A DNA stretch of 64,000 nt, taken from contig CM035352.1 of NCBI GenBank assembly GCA_020137815.1, forward strand, positions 7,688,001 to 7,752,000, in the 5' to 3' direction. Under the pieces are notes generated by a model. That model worked only from the letters and a program-made list of their open reading frames with translations. It ran no database searches and was not told the DNA's origin. Below, in pieces: positions 1 to 11,450 of the stretch (positions within the stretch are counted from its first letter, which is position 1; every line of letters begins with the position of its first letter). A program made the translations under genes and the position numbers. The DNA comes from Hormiphora californensis. Lineage: Eukaryota; Animalia; Ctenophora.

Positions 1-3000
1 CACCAGACTTGATTAGCAGCCAGAACGATCATACCCTGATAGTTGGACATCCAATCAATCCTCTTTATCTCGTGACAATAGTAGAACACACTCTCCTTAG
101 TAAGGAGTCGATTAGTTCTTCGCATCTCGTTCAGCACGCTAGTCATCCAATCCTCAACCCGACCCTCCGCAGGGATGGCCTGTCTAAAGTCCATGGTCTC
201 TCCCTCGCTCGACACCATCGCTTGGGCAGTGTGTTCGTCGTTATTACCCACCTCGAAACTCAGACTCTTGATGTTATCAAACATCTTGATCATGTGTTCC
301 TGGACGCACGTGGCAGCGGAGGAACCGAGGATGGACAACAACTCGTCATCTGAGATAAAGAAGAACCTGGGGAAGGCATTCCTCTTGGAGTCCAGGTAAT
401 CGTTCAGAGATTTCTGGCATCGTTCCAAGTCCACACTCATCTTTTCCAGGGTGGTAAGACGGTTATCAGCGTGACATGCATCTAGCACCACCATGGTCTT
501 TGCTGTGTCATTCATGATCTTCTTGAAGGCCTTGTCAATAATATCGAACTTTTTAGCCTCCTCCGGAAGTTGATGTCTAATGTCCCCTCCAATGAAGATG
601 CCCTCTAGGTACATCCACTTCCTCTGCACAACCATCCAAACCTCCACAACCTCACTGATGTGGGACAACTTCTTTTCCCAGCTCTGGACGTTCTCCAGGA
701 AGGGGCCAACAAACCGTGACGCAGACATACTCTGCAGATTCATAGCATTGTCATCCAGAGACTGCATAATCTCTTCAACAGGACCCAGCACAAAACCTCG
801 GTCCTGCCCTCCCTTGCTGTATTTGAGGACATTAAACTTAGTGCTGTTCCAGATATCAATGATGTCCTTGAGCCCGTTCTCAATGCTCAGCTCCTTAACG
901 GCACTGGTAGTAATATCACCTATGACGTCACTAAAGTTGTGCAGCTCCATGGCAAATAGTTGGTCAAGGGTGAAGGTATCTGGATTCATTTCAAAGTTCT
1001 TGCCAGTCAGCTCCATGAGTTTCTTCCAGTGACGCTCCCTAAGAGCATCATTCTTAAGATCCTGGAAGAGAGGAATAGAATCCTTGAACTCCTTCATTTT
1101 CGCCTCAAGGATATTGCAGATTCCCATTGCTCGGATTTTCTTGGGGAACTTTCGAAGCCTCTTCAGGAATATCTCGATACCATCGGAAAGGATGGAGATA
1201 TTGAGATTAGCCCAGAGAGTCTGAGACCACTCCTCCTGACCCTTCTTCTGGTCACTGTAGAGACTGTAGATCATGTCATAGCCCTGCATATCTGCCTCGA
1301 GAGACACCATATCCGGGTACATACTGATAGGCAACCCAAACAACTTCTCTGCATTAGCCAACTCCTGCCGCTCGTTCTGGTACTTCTCAAACAGTTCCTT
1401 GAAGATCTTTTGCTGGTTGATTCCCTTATCCAGATCATATCCCACAGCACCAGGACCCTCCATAAGGAATTTCTCCCTGAATGCCGAGAGGTCTTCCTTG
1501 AATTTGTCCACTTGGGTCAGGGTGATCTCTGTGAACTTCTTCTTGACTGAGACCAGCGACTGGTTCACCTGTAGAAGAGAGTGGTGTTAGAAACAGGGCA
1601 CAAGGATAATCTGGATATGGTCATTTTTTTTAACTTGTGCAAAAATTTTTCCGAAAATGACATAAGTTCAGTTTTTTCGACTTTTATCATAGTTTTTGTC
1701 AAAAAATATTATTTTCCAACGAATATTATGTGTAAAAGTGTATAGGGAATAGATTTACAGGCAAAATAAATTAAAAACTCATCTCGTGAGGTGCCGGTGA
1801 CCATGTTTGCAAAAGCGTGTGCCATTCCGTCAAATTTTAACATTTTTTCCCAAAATTTTCGAAAATATGCTGAAAAATGTCCAATATAAACACCTTTAAA
1901 ATATGTAAGCAAACTTACTCAATCTATGAGGTGCAACCGGTGTTTAAAGTTACACTGTATACTTACAACTACTTAAGCCCGTAGCACCTCACGTTTCACG
2001 ACTTTTCCTAGCTAGATACTTGCAGTAGACTCAAAACCATCATTTTTACCAAAAAAGTTCCAAAAATTTTGCTCAATGAGTGAGGTGCACCCAAAAAACT
2101 GTATTTTCTTCAAACGCTAATTGCACCTCACTCAGTGAGTATATAGTTCTAAAAGTGGCTTTAATTTGCTCATATGACATCCCCAAACACTACCTAATCG
2201 ATTCCAAGGTCATTGCTCAATCTGTGAGGTGCACTGGAGAAGTAGGTAAATCAGGAGGGAAATTGTCTAATCTTGCTTTATGCCAAGTTTCAATTCTTTA
2301 TTTACTCAATTGACCCCTAGTGAGTAAACTTTTAGCTCTAAAATCGGCTTGCACCTCACCAAATGAGTAAATTTTTCCATGGTTTTCACCTCATCTGATG
2401 AGTGAGAAATATCTCCACCATTTCTGAAAGTTTGGAGATTTTTGATCAAACGGTATTTCTACAAATCGGGGGCACCTCACGATAGCACCTCACGGCGTAG
2501 AAATGCTATAGCACCTCACTGGAGTAAGCTAGAGACTTCGTTCTTTCACTAAATTGAACTTTTAATATTTCTCGATTTTTTGAGGTGCTGAGTAAATTTC
2601 CAGTGGCCACAGCTATTTTGCTATGATCATTTGAAAAAATTTGGTAGTTGCACAAGTTAAAAAAAAATGACCATATGGTCATTTTTTTTTTAACTTGTGC
2701 AACTACCAAATTTTTTCAAATGATCATAGCAAAATAGCTGTGGCCACTGGAAATTTACTCAGCACCTCAAAAAATCGAGAAATATTAAAAGTTCAATTTA
2801 GTGAAAGAACGAAGTCTCTAGCTTACTCCAGTGAGGTGCTATAGCATTTCTACGCCGTGAGGTGCTATCGTGAGGTGCCCCCGATTTGTAGAAATACTGT
2901 TTGATCAAAAATCTCCAAACTTTCAGAAATGGTGGGGATATTTCTCACTCATCAGATGAGGTGAAAACCATGGAAAAATTTACTCATTTGGTGAGGTGCA

Positions 3001-6000
3001 AGCCGATTTTAGAGCTAAAAGTTTACTCACTAGGGGTCAAATGAGTAAATAAAGAATTGAAACTTGGCATAAAGCAAGATTAGACAATTTCCCTCCTGAT
3101 TTACCGAAAATTTGCTCTAAACATTACTCAGCGAGTGAGGTGCAGACCCTCAAAAAATGACATATTTTACCTACTTCTCCAGTGCACCTCACAGGTTGAG
3201 CAATGACCTTGGAATCGATTAGGTAGTGTTTGGGGATGTCATATGAGCAAATTAAGGCCATTTTCAGAACTATATACTCACTGAGTGAGGTGCAATTAGC
3301 GTTTGAAGAAAATACAGTTTTTTGGGTGCACCTCACTCATTGAGCAAAATTTTTGGAACTTTTTTGGTACAAATGATGGTTTTGAGTCTACTGCAAGTAT
3401 CTAGCTAGGAAAAGTCGTGAAACGTGAGGTGCTACGGGCTTAAAAGTAGCTGTAAGTATACAGTGTAACTTTAAACACCGGTTGCACCTCATAAATTGAG
3501 TAAGTTTGCTTACATATTTTAATGGTGTTTATTATGGACATTTTTCAGCATATTTTCGAAAATTTTAGGAAAAAATATTAAAATTTGACGGAATGGCACA
3601 CGCTTTTGCAAACATGGTCACTGGCACCTCACGAGGTGAGTTTTTAATTTATTTTGCCTGTAAATCTATTCCCTATACACTTTTACACATAATATTCGTT
3701 GGAAAATAATATTTTTTGACAAAAACTATGATAAAAGTCGAAAAAACTGAACTTATGTCATTTTCGGAAAAAATTTTGCACAAGTTAAAAAAAAAAATGA
3801 CCATATATATAACGGTTAGCACTTCCTCTACCGAACCCTCGCAGAGCACGCTCACTTTATGAAGTGTGGGCTAACACATGCAATCAACTTACCCGTCGGC
3901 TCTGTTGGAAAACATGGATCCAATCATCATCAATCTTCTCACACATGTCAAACTCCTTTTGGGGCACATCAATGTTGTACATTTGTAGTGTTCGGTACCT
4001 GGGGGGGGGGGGTTAAAAATAAGGACACTATATTTTGAATCAAGATTTACAAGGTTTATAAGGTTTAAATCACCACACATTCCATGAATATATAGCTCAT
4101 TGTTTGTATTGTAAGAGGGGGGGAGGGTAGAACAATTACCTCTCCTTGATGTCCTTGGCACGAGTCTCCACCTCTAGAGTAAGATCCTGAATGTTACTAA
4201 TTGTCTTCAGGACAAACTTCAGATCCTCCAAAGTGTCAGGAGACCTCTCCAGATCATTCTCCAGTTGATCGATTGTGTTCTTGAGGCCCTCTAAGTTGTC
4301 CCGTGCAGAGTTGTTGAGGAGCTTGCCAAGGGATGTGACCCAAGCATTGGCATTCTCTTGGACACTCTCTGCAAGGGGTCCAAGATGGAGCCGAATGAAG
4401 TCTACCTCCCGAACCATTGGCTGGTTTCCAACCTAGGGGAGAGAGAGAGGATTAATGAAGTGGGAGAGAGGATGATTAATAAATGTTCATTTACCCCCCA
4501 CCAGGGATATAATGTACGTGTGTTCCTGTCAGAATGAAGCATAAACAAGCTCTATAGTCTGAAAAGATTCTACCCCTTCATCTTTCAACACTAATCTAGT
4601 CAAGGGGGATCGAGGGGTCCAAAAAGTCCATGTACCTGTTCTTTGAGTGCACAATAGGATTGCAACTTTTCATCATAAGACTCGCAAGATGGCATTTTAA
4701 GGGCAAACTTCTCCATCATAATGCTCTTATCCAGCTTCCACAGAGGTCGGTATTTCTTCCACTTGTTCAGCATGTTCTTCAAACTGGAGAGAGGGAGAGA
4801 GAGAGGGTAGAGGTTTTGAAGTGGAATAGTGGAAATTCCACTGTGGAAGAAATCAATGAGTTGTGAGAGAGAGAGAGAGAGAGAGAGGGTAGAGGTTTTG
4901 AAGTGGAATAGTGGTAATTCCACTGTGGAAGAAATCAATGAGTTGTGTGAGAGGGTGGAGGTTTTGCTGGGATAGTGGAATTAAACAGTGAGTTGTGACT
5001 TACGCTCCAAGACTCTTGGTGATGGTTTGGGACACACTGACACTCAGATCAGTGATCTGGGCTACATTCTGTATATCAGAGTGGAAACTGAACACAACCA
5101 GATCGTCTTCTCTCTCTCCCTGAGGGGGTACCTCTAGACAAGTGCCTGCCATCCACCGGGTGAAGTTCCTGGTGGACTCAATACAACCTCGCACCGACTG
5201 AGGGGAGATATAATCGTGTTAAAATTGAGAGATATTTTTCTGTTATGTTTCCTCATCAATCACTTTCTAACTCACCTTTAGCCCTCCACTATTTTCAAAA
5301 ATAATCACCTATCAGCCCTATCAGCCCACATCTCAGATCTCTAAACCCTCCTACAAAATTGTACCCTGTTTGAGCGTGCAAGAACCGCGGTTAGAGCATT
5401 GACCTGACAAGCTGTACCTGCATAAGATGTTTGAAGAGCTCGTTGTATGGGGGATTAACAATGATATCCGGTGAGCTGAGCATGGCATCAACACTAAACA
5501 GCATCTTGGTCTGCAGCTGACTGTTGAAGTTCGTCAAGTTGGTTATGACCATCTTAGTGAGAGCATCAAATGCCCTCTTCTCCCAGTAGCCGTAGTACGA
5601 TTTCAGTTTGGTCGATTTGCCGGTGTTAGTGTTGACGACAAGTCCCTCCATTTTAGTTAGAAGGGGTCCAATGGCACGGTACTTTTGGGATAGAGTCTCG
5701 ACCTAGAATGATATGACTGTTAGAGAAACCATTATATTGGGGATCTGAGTCAGTAATTGGGGATCTGAGTCAATAATTGGTAAACAACGAACCGTTTTAG
5801 ATCGGTGAATCTCGATGAACTCAAAGTAATCCTTTGCGTCCCTGGGTAGTCCTCCTTGGAGGGATGGTGGGATCTTGAAGAGATCAGCTGCTTCAATCAT
5901 GGTGAGCCTGGCGTTGATATCATCCGCATTCTTTTGGATCTGGTTGACTAGCGACTCAAACTTGCCTGCAAAAGTAGTTCAGTAACAATACAATAATTCA

Positions 6001-9000
6001 GACGAAATATGTGATCGCATTTGTTGAACTAACTCATGTGGAGCTGCATTGATATCTACCAGCAAACAATTAGCAGAGGGACACTGCTAGCAAGACAAAA
6101 CTTACCAATGGCATGACTGCACCGTCCAATGAAATCAGGGATACCAAGTGAGTTCCAGTTTAGTCGCTTATACCCAGCTCTCAGGACCCTCTGCAAATCC
6201 TTGATGTGGTCATCTAGGAGCTGCATCTCGGCAGCATTTAGCAGTGCCAGGGCATCGTAATATCGGGATAGCATCCTCTTCAGACCATCCACATACCTCG
6301 AGAACTTCTCTTCCTGGAGGGCGACATTTCGGGCAAGTTCAGGGACCATAAACCCGAGCTGTTCAAGATATTTCGTCTCGGTGATGATCTCAGTGAGTTC
6401 CGGTGAGAAGTTGACATAGTACTGGGGTGTGCTACCCGTGGCTCCACCGACTGCTGGGATCTGATCCATTCCGGTGTGATGGTCTGCTTCTAACTCATAG
6501 GTGGCAGAGATACCTGGAAATAGGTGGGGTTACTGAGTTGTACTGTAGCAGTAGTATAACTTTTAGATAGGGTGATAGTAATAAGTAATACGCTTAGTGG
6601 GAACTTGCTCAGAAATGGGAGGGAACACTTACCGATCGCTAAAATTGGTTTCTTCAGGTGCGTGTTGAGGGTGTTCTCAACATTTTGTAGCCAGTTCTCG
6701 TACAACTTGTCTTCAAAGGCCTTCATTTGTCGAGCTGTTTTGAGGTAGTGCTCCTTCGCGACCACACCCAGCTCCCCCTGGAGCATCTCCTCGAGGGTCT
6801 TGAACCTGGGATGAGAGGTAAATATTAATTAATATAACTTGAAGAGGGTCTTGAACCTGGGGTGGGAGTAATTTGATGAAATGAGGGTCTTGAAACTAAG
6901 ATAATGAGGATAGCTAGAGATCTAGAGATTGAGATGATATAATAGGGAAGTGACTAGTGAGGTAAATACAATCCGGCTGATCTAATTCTCACCTTAGCAC
7001 GGTTCTCTTGTTCCTATGGAAGAGAGATCGGCTCCAGGCGATGGCTCCTGCTACAGGAGGCTGGTTCTTGTAGATGGGAGGGTTGTTAATCCCGTCTTTA
7101 AACATGGAATCCATGGTATCAACCTCCTTCATGAACTGACTCAGGATCTCATTGAACTTCTTCATCATCTGAGAGTTGATGGCTTCTCTGGATCGGATGT
7201 GCCTGAAGTTCAGGATCATGTCGAATGCCCCCTCTGCAGATCTCAGGGTCTTGAAGGAGTCATCAATAAAGTGTTTAGCCTCGCTCTCAATGAGCAAGCA
7301 CTTCTTGGATTAAACCAGTTCATAACCTGTCTCCACTGGGTCTGATTCTTAATGTTCCAAATATCGAACTTGACTTGCTCGAATGGCTTCAATAAGTCCA
7401 TCTACCCTCTGCAGGACCTCCTCAATCCTCTCCGGTTCTACCTGTAACTGCCTTCAGCTCGGGACCGAAGATGTTATAGAACTCCTCCATAACCTGGAGC
7501 GATGTTATACAGATCCTGACAGATAGGCACCCATGTAATCCGTCTTCTCAAAGAGACGCCGTCTATCGAACTCCCAACGGGCATCCCTACCAGGACGCCT
7601 CGATCTTTTGCCGGACATCCAGGTAGGAATTTTTCCAGGTCCGGAGCGTTGTCATGGCTTCCCCGGTTCGTAGTTTGATTGAATCGGGCGATTCTCGGAG
7701 GATTGCCCGGATGTTGATCACCCTAGCAACGTGTTCAGAGATCTCCCATGCAATTCGCTCCATGAGCGGCACCATCCTCTCGTCCCGGTTATAGTGCCTG
7801 GAGATGATCCACACCATTCTCAGAGCGTTCATCAGGGATGGAATCGTATCAATAACAACCCCAAAGTTGGAGCCATGAGCCAGGTTTTTGAAGTGCCGCT
7901 CAAGAGTCGACAGGAACCGGACATTGTCCTTGGCCTCCGTGTAAAACTTGTTCAACTCGATACGGTTGTGTTCAAAGCTGCTCAATACAGACACCTCGGC
8001 CACTTTGAGGACCTCCAGCATCTTTTTGACAAGAGGAAGCTCGAGCTGTTCGCAGACAGCACTTAGAGCACTGCTCCTCTCCCTCCAGAAATCAATCTCA
8101 GCCAGGGGGCCGTTACCAACGGGTGCCTTCTTCAGCTGTTGTTCAAGACACACCGCAATGGCATGTTCCCAACTATCAACAGCCTTCTCCAGGGTGGTAA
8201 CAATCTCCATGTTCCCTGCGGCAGCCTGGACATCCTCAATCACTATCTCTGGGATATCCAACCTGACCTCACCCTCAACCTGCTGGATAGTCCTGCTGAT
8301 GTGTGTGCAGAACTTGCTCATATTGATAAGAAACTCATCCCTCACCACACCTCGAGACATTCCCGGGTCTTCATCCTTCCCGGCTCCATCCTTGGGACGT
8401 TGTAGAGAGTACGTTGCCAGCAGAGGACTGTACAGATTCAACATCACCTGTTCCAGGATGGAAAGGGGTCGGGAGTTTAGGAAACCGTAGGACAGATAAC
8501 TGGGGACAATATCGTCAGCATTGCCCTGAGATGTTGGTACGGGAATGGGTTTCGCCGTGTTCCTCAGGAAGTACATGGCAGCGTCATTTATCTCCGCCTC
8601 TGTCAGCTCCCCATGCACCATGTGGAGGGTGGTAATCGTCTTCTTGATGATCTCAATCCGTTTCCCTGGTGGCGGGGGTGGAGCATCAGGCTCAGCAGGG
8701 GGACCCTCTCCATTTTCTGGATCTGGGGTCTTGGGTTGACTGCCAATCTCCTCGTCATCATCGAAGTTGCTACTTGTCACCGGAGGTACCTCGACCTCAA
8801 CCTCTATCTCCTCTTCCTTCTCGTAGGACTGGGGAAGAGATGTGTTAAATAAATAAGGGGGAATTGTAGGTGGATAGTTTTAATGTTTATGTTATTGAAC
8901 ACTGAACATTTTACTATCCTACATAGACAAACTCAAAAATGGCCAAAATTTCACTGACCTCGACGTAAAACACAATTGTGTTACTGGAGTCTGGATCGGA

Positions 9001-9141
9001 GAGGTCTAGATACTTCTGTAGAGTGATGGTATGAACATACTCCTCCCTCTCTAGGAGGTCTTCGAAGAGAGCATCGTCTTCAATGTCCAGGGACAAGAAG
9101 ACTTGCTTCTTCATCCATCGGACACGATAATCGTCCGACAT
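1..9141 (-). CDS. DNAH10: Dynein axonemal heavy chain 10 (inner-arm I1/f alpha type), 5' part: tail and linker; continues beyond position 1
   Basis: Exons with GT-AG ends and consistent phase: 9141-8959, 8828-6993, 6805-6633, 6513-6106, 5965-5793, 5702-5418, 5197-5004, 4783-4636, 4432-4140, 3998-3893, 1568-<1. N-terminus MSDDYRVRWM; motifs GPLAEIDFWRER, LMNALRMVWIISRHYNRDERMVPLMERIAWEI, WMVVQRKWMYLEGIFIGGDIR, YLDSKRNAFPRFFFISDDELLSILG. Several +1 indels at ~7300-7590 look like sequence errors. Confidence 0.95.
1617..2673 (+). mobile_element. Non-autonomous DNA transposon (MITE) copy 1, TA-flanked, in DNAH10 intron
   Basis: TIR TGGTCATTTTTTTTAACTTGTGCA at both ends, TA flanks, many internal GCACCTCA/TGAGGTGC motifs, no coding capacity. 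Confidence 0.8.
2676..3803 (-). mobile_element. Same MITE family, copy 2, inverted and directly abutting copy 1
   Basis: Reverse complement of 1617-2673 with scattered substitutions and an extra ~65-bp segment (~3105-3170); junction ...AATGACCA TA TGGTCATT... Confidence 0.8.
4790..4965. repeat. Intronic tandem repeat (~80-bp unit, ~2.3 copies)
   Basis: GAGGGTAGAGGTTTTGAAGTGGAATAGTGG(A/T)AATTCCACTGTGGAAGAAATCAATGAGTTGTG occurs twice plus a partial third copy. Confidence 0.85.
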
Positions 9142-9294
9142 CGCTGATTATCAAACCTCTCAGCAACTCATCCTGTCATATTAGGAACAGTTGTTATTTA
9201 GTAATTTTAAAACCACTTAATAAAATTAAAATAACTGAAGAGTGAAGCAATAAACGAATTTGAAATACAATGTCAAAGAATCAAATAAAATATA

Positions 9295-9702
9295 TCAAGA
9301 ACGGTTTCTCATCTCTGACTCTCTCCGTTTCAGGAGATCCCATACGTCCTTCCCACTAGTTTTAGGATCAGGCAAGTCTCTTACAATGTTCCCAATTAAG
9401 TTAATGCCAGTATGATGTACCAAATGATTCTCATAGTCGTAATTAGGGCAGTTTTTCCGAACTTGATATGTCACATACTGAGAAAACTCCCGTTCACACT
9501 GTTTTGAAAACTGCAGATCGTAATTTGCACGATGCTTAGGCTTTTCTGCCCTTTCCCTGAGTGTATTCTTTGTCTTAAGAAGGTTGTATTGAGAGTAAAA
9601 CGGGTGTTCTTGAGGTAGCACTTCGACTGAACTGGCGGATTTTGGACGTGGAGTCTTCAAAACAGATTTTGCATACTTTGTAAACGCTCTCTTATCGTCC
9701 AT
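9295..9702 (-). CDS. Uncharacterised 135-aa protein (single exon, no recognised family)
   Basis: ATG-to-stop ORF with normal amino-acid complexity in non-repetitive sequence, in-frame stop upstream, CpG-rich segment upstream (~9830-9910), AT-rich downstream. Confidence 0.55.
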   Translation of the reverse strand: MDDKRAFTKYAKSVLKTPRPKSASSVEVLPQEHPFYSQYNLLKTKNTLRERAEKPKHRANYDLQFSKQCEREFSQYVTYQVRKNCPNYDYENHLVHHTGINLIGNIVRDLPDPKTSGKDVWDLLKRRESEMRNRS

Positions 9703-9933
9703 CAGGTACAGATTGCTTAAGAAGAATACATCAATATTCCAGGGAGACTTTCAATGCAATGACAATGAGCAAAGTGACAGAAAACAAGTTTGTGAAACTT
9801 TTTTTTTAAGTTTTAACTTAAAAACGCAAACGTGATCGTGATCTGAAGGGCGCGGCGTAAAATTGCGTCGTGCGCGTGTCCTATTCCGCGCGTTACAGGC
9901 TTTGCAGCGTAAAAACCAAGATATCGATTATAC

Positions 9934-10233
9934 TTTTTTTCTAAAAGGGGGTTAAAATGGTATTAGATAACAATATCAATATGAAAATACCGGTCTCCCA
10001 TGGGGGAGAAGATTAATAAATTACTGCATTGATTAAAATTGATTAAATTTGGTAGAATTAAAAGTATTATATAATAAGTTAATGTCATTGAGTTCGCTCT
10101 TATACTGCCTCGTTTTGGTCAACTTATTGCCTCTATGCCCTCTCAAGCTAATGACAGTTGTTCTGAGCAGGGTGAAAGACAACCGCTGCCTAATGTAACG
10201 GATGGTGTCAGAGTAAGCCTGGTGCGTTTTGTC
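9934..10233 (-). mobile_element. 5'-truncated non-LTR retrotransposon (CRE-like, RLE-type) 3' end
   Basis: Encodes DKTHQAYSDTIRYIRQRLSFTLLRTTVISLRGHR; poly(A) tail read as T-run at 9934; 13-bp TSD ATATCGATTATAC at 9921-9933 and 10234-10246. Confidence 0.8.
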
Positions 10234-10245
10234 ATATCGATTATA

Positions 10246-10618
10246 CTCGGATTTTTTGAAACTGTCACCCCCCTGAAATAACAAAATTTGTCATATCTCC
10301 AGTTCCTGATAAGATAAAGTCCATTTTTATTCAACTGTTCACCCTCCAACTCGTGCGCGTGCAATATTTTAATTTACGCTGCGCGCGCTACACGTTAACA
10401 TGTGATAGACGCGCAAAACAATTCCGCGCACGACTTTGGGGGTGAACAGTTGAAAAAAAAAATGGAGTATAGAGACTTGAAATTTGGAGGTTCGGAAGAA
10501 CTTAGCAAGATCTTCGTAACTTCCAAATTTCAAGTCTCTATCTCATCAGGAACCGGACTTAAAGTCATTTAAAGAAATCTGAAAACTCTAGGGGGGTGAC
10601 AGTTTCAAAAAATCCGAC
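10246..10618. mobile_element. Small MITE
   Basis: ~27-bp TIR TCGGATTTTTTGAAACTGTCACCCCCC / GGGGGGTGACAGTTTCAAAAAATCCGA; TA on the left; internal inverted segments. Confidence 0.75.
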
Positions 10619-10832
10619 TTTACTGATTTTTAACTCCAGCTCCCAAATTTTCAAAACTTTTTGGCGCCTTTTCGTGAATTTTTGGCGTTTTTTGGGCGTT
10701 TTTGGCCGATTCTGTAAAGTGACACCCTCTTGTGCTCGCCAGAGACGTTCCGAATTATGCACATGAAATAGAAACCCCATTAAATGACTTCTTTAATCAA
10801 TCATCAGTTGGTTTCCGAGTGTTTGAACGTGT

Positions 10833-11208
10833 CCTTGAGGTTGAACAGAGTTTTTGCCCACTCGTGTTTTCAGTAACTGGTGCCCTGGGCAACGAGGCAG
10901 AAAAATTCTACAGGCGCCTAGCAAAGCTGCTTGCTGACAAAACCAAACAGGCTTATCCTGATACCATCCGTTACATTAGGCAGCGGTTGTCTTTCACCCT
11001 GCTCAGAACAACTGTCATTAGCTTGAGAGGGCATAGAGGCAATAAGTTCACTAAAACGAGGCAGTATAAGAGCGAACTCAATGACATTAACTTATTATAT
11101 AACACTTTTAATTCTACCAAATTTAATCAATTTTAATCAATGCAGTAATTTATTAATCTTCTCCCCCATGGGAGACCGGTATTTTTAAAAAAAAAGAAGA
11201 AAAAAAAA
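10833..11208 (+). mobile_element. 5'-truncated non-LTR retrotransposon (CRE-like, RLE-type) 3' end, same family as 9934-10233
   Basis: Encodes FCPLVFSVTGALGNEAEKFYRRLAKLLADK...LSFTLLR...LRG, typical of the C-terminal RLE region of CRE-clade elements; A-rich tail 11187-11208; 14-bp TSD GTGTTTGAA(C/A)GTGT at 10819-10832 and 11209-11222. Confidence 0.8.
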
Positions 11209-11450
11209 GTGTTTGAAAGTGTGCAGTAATTGAACCACCTTTTGAGTCAGTGCTACTAAAGTCTAAACTCTAAACGCCTCACTAAAATGGAGTGTTTTCG
11301 GGCCTCCATTAATGATAATCAGATTAATAATTCATAATCATAGTCACATTCCGGCATTAACTTTTTCAAATAACAGAACTAACGATCTAAAATCTAAGTT
11401 CTAACTTAATTTATCCAGGTAGTGGATGTCTTGGAACTCGACCAGGGAAC

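Noticed and set aside
9-1590. Plus-strand ORFs of 114-196 aa (also 7016-8852)
   Set aside because: Antisense shadows of long DNAH10 exons.
7290-7600. Cluster of frameshifts in DNAH10 (also in HIRA, Unkempt exon 1, ankyrin-MYND and the actin-like gene) suggesting pseudogenes, programmed frameshifting or RNA editing
   Set aside because: Mostly single extra bases next to an identical base, clustered by region, while the protein stays conserved on both sides; typical of an unpolished long-read consensus. Short-read polishing would confirm.
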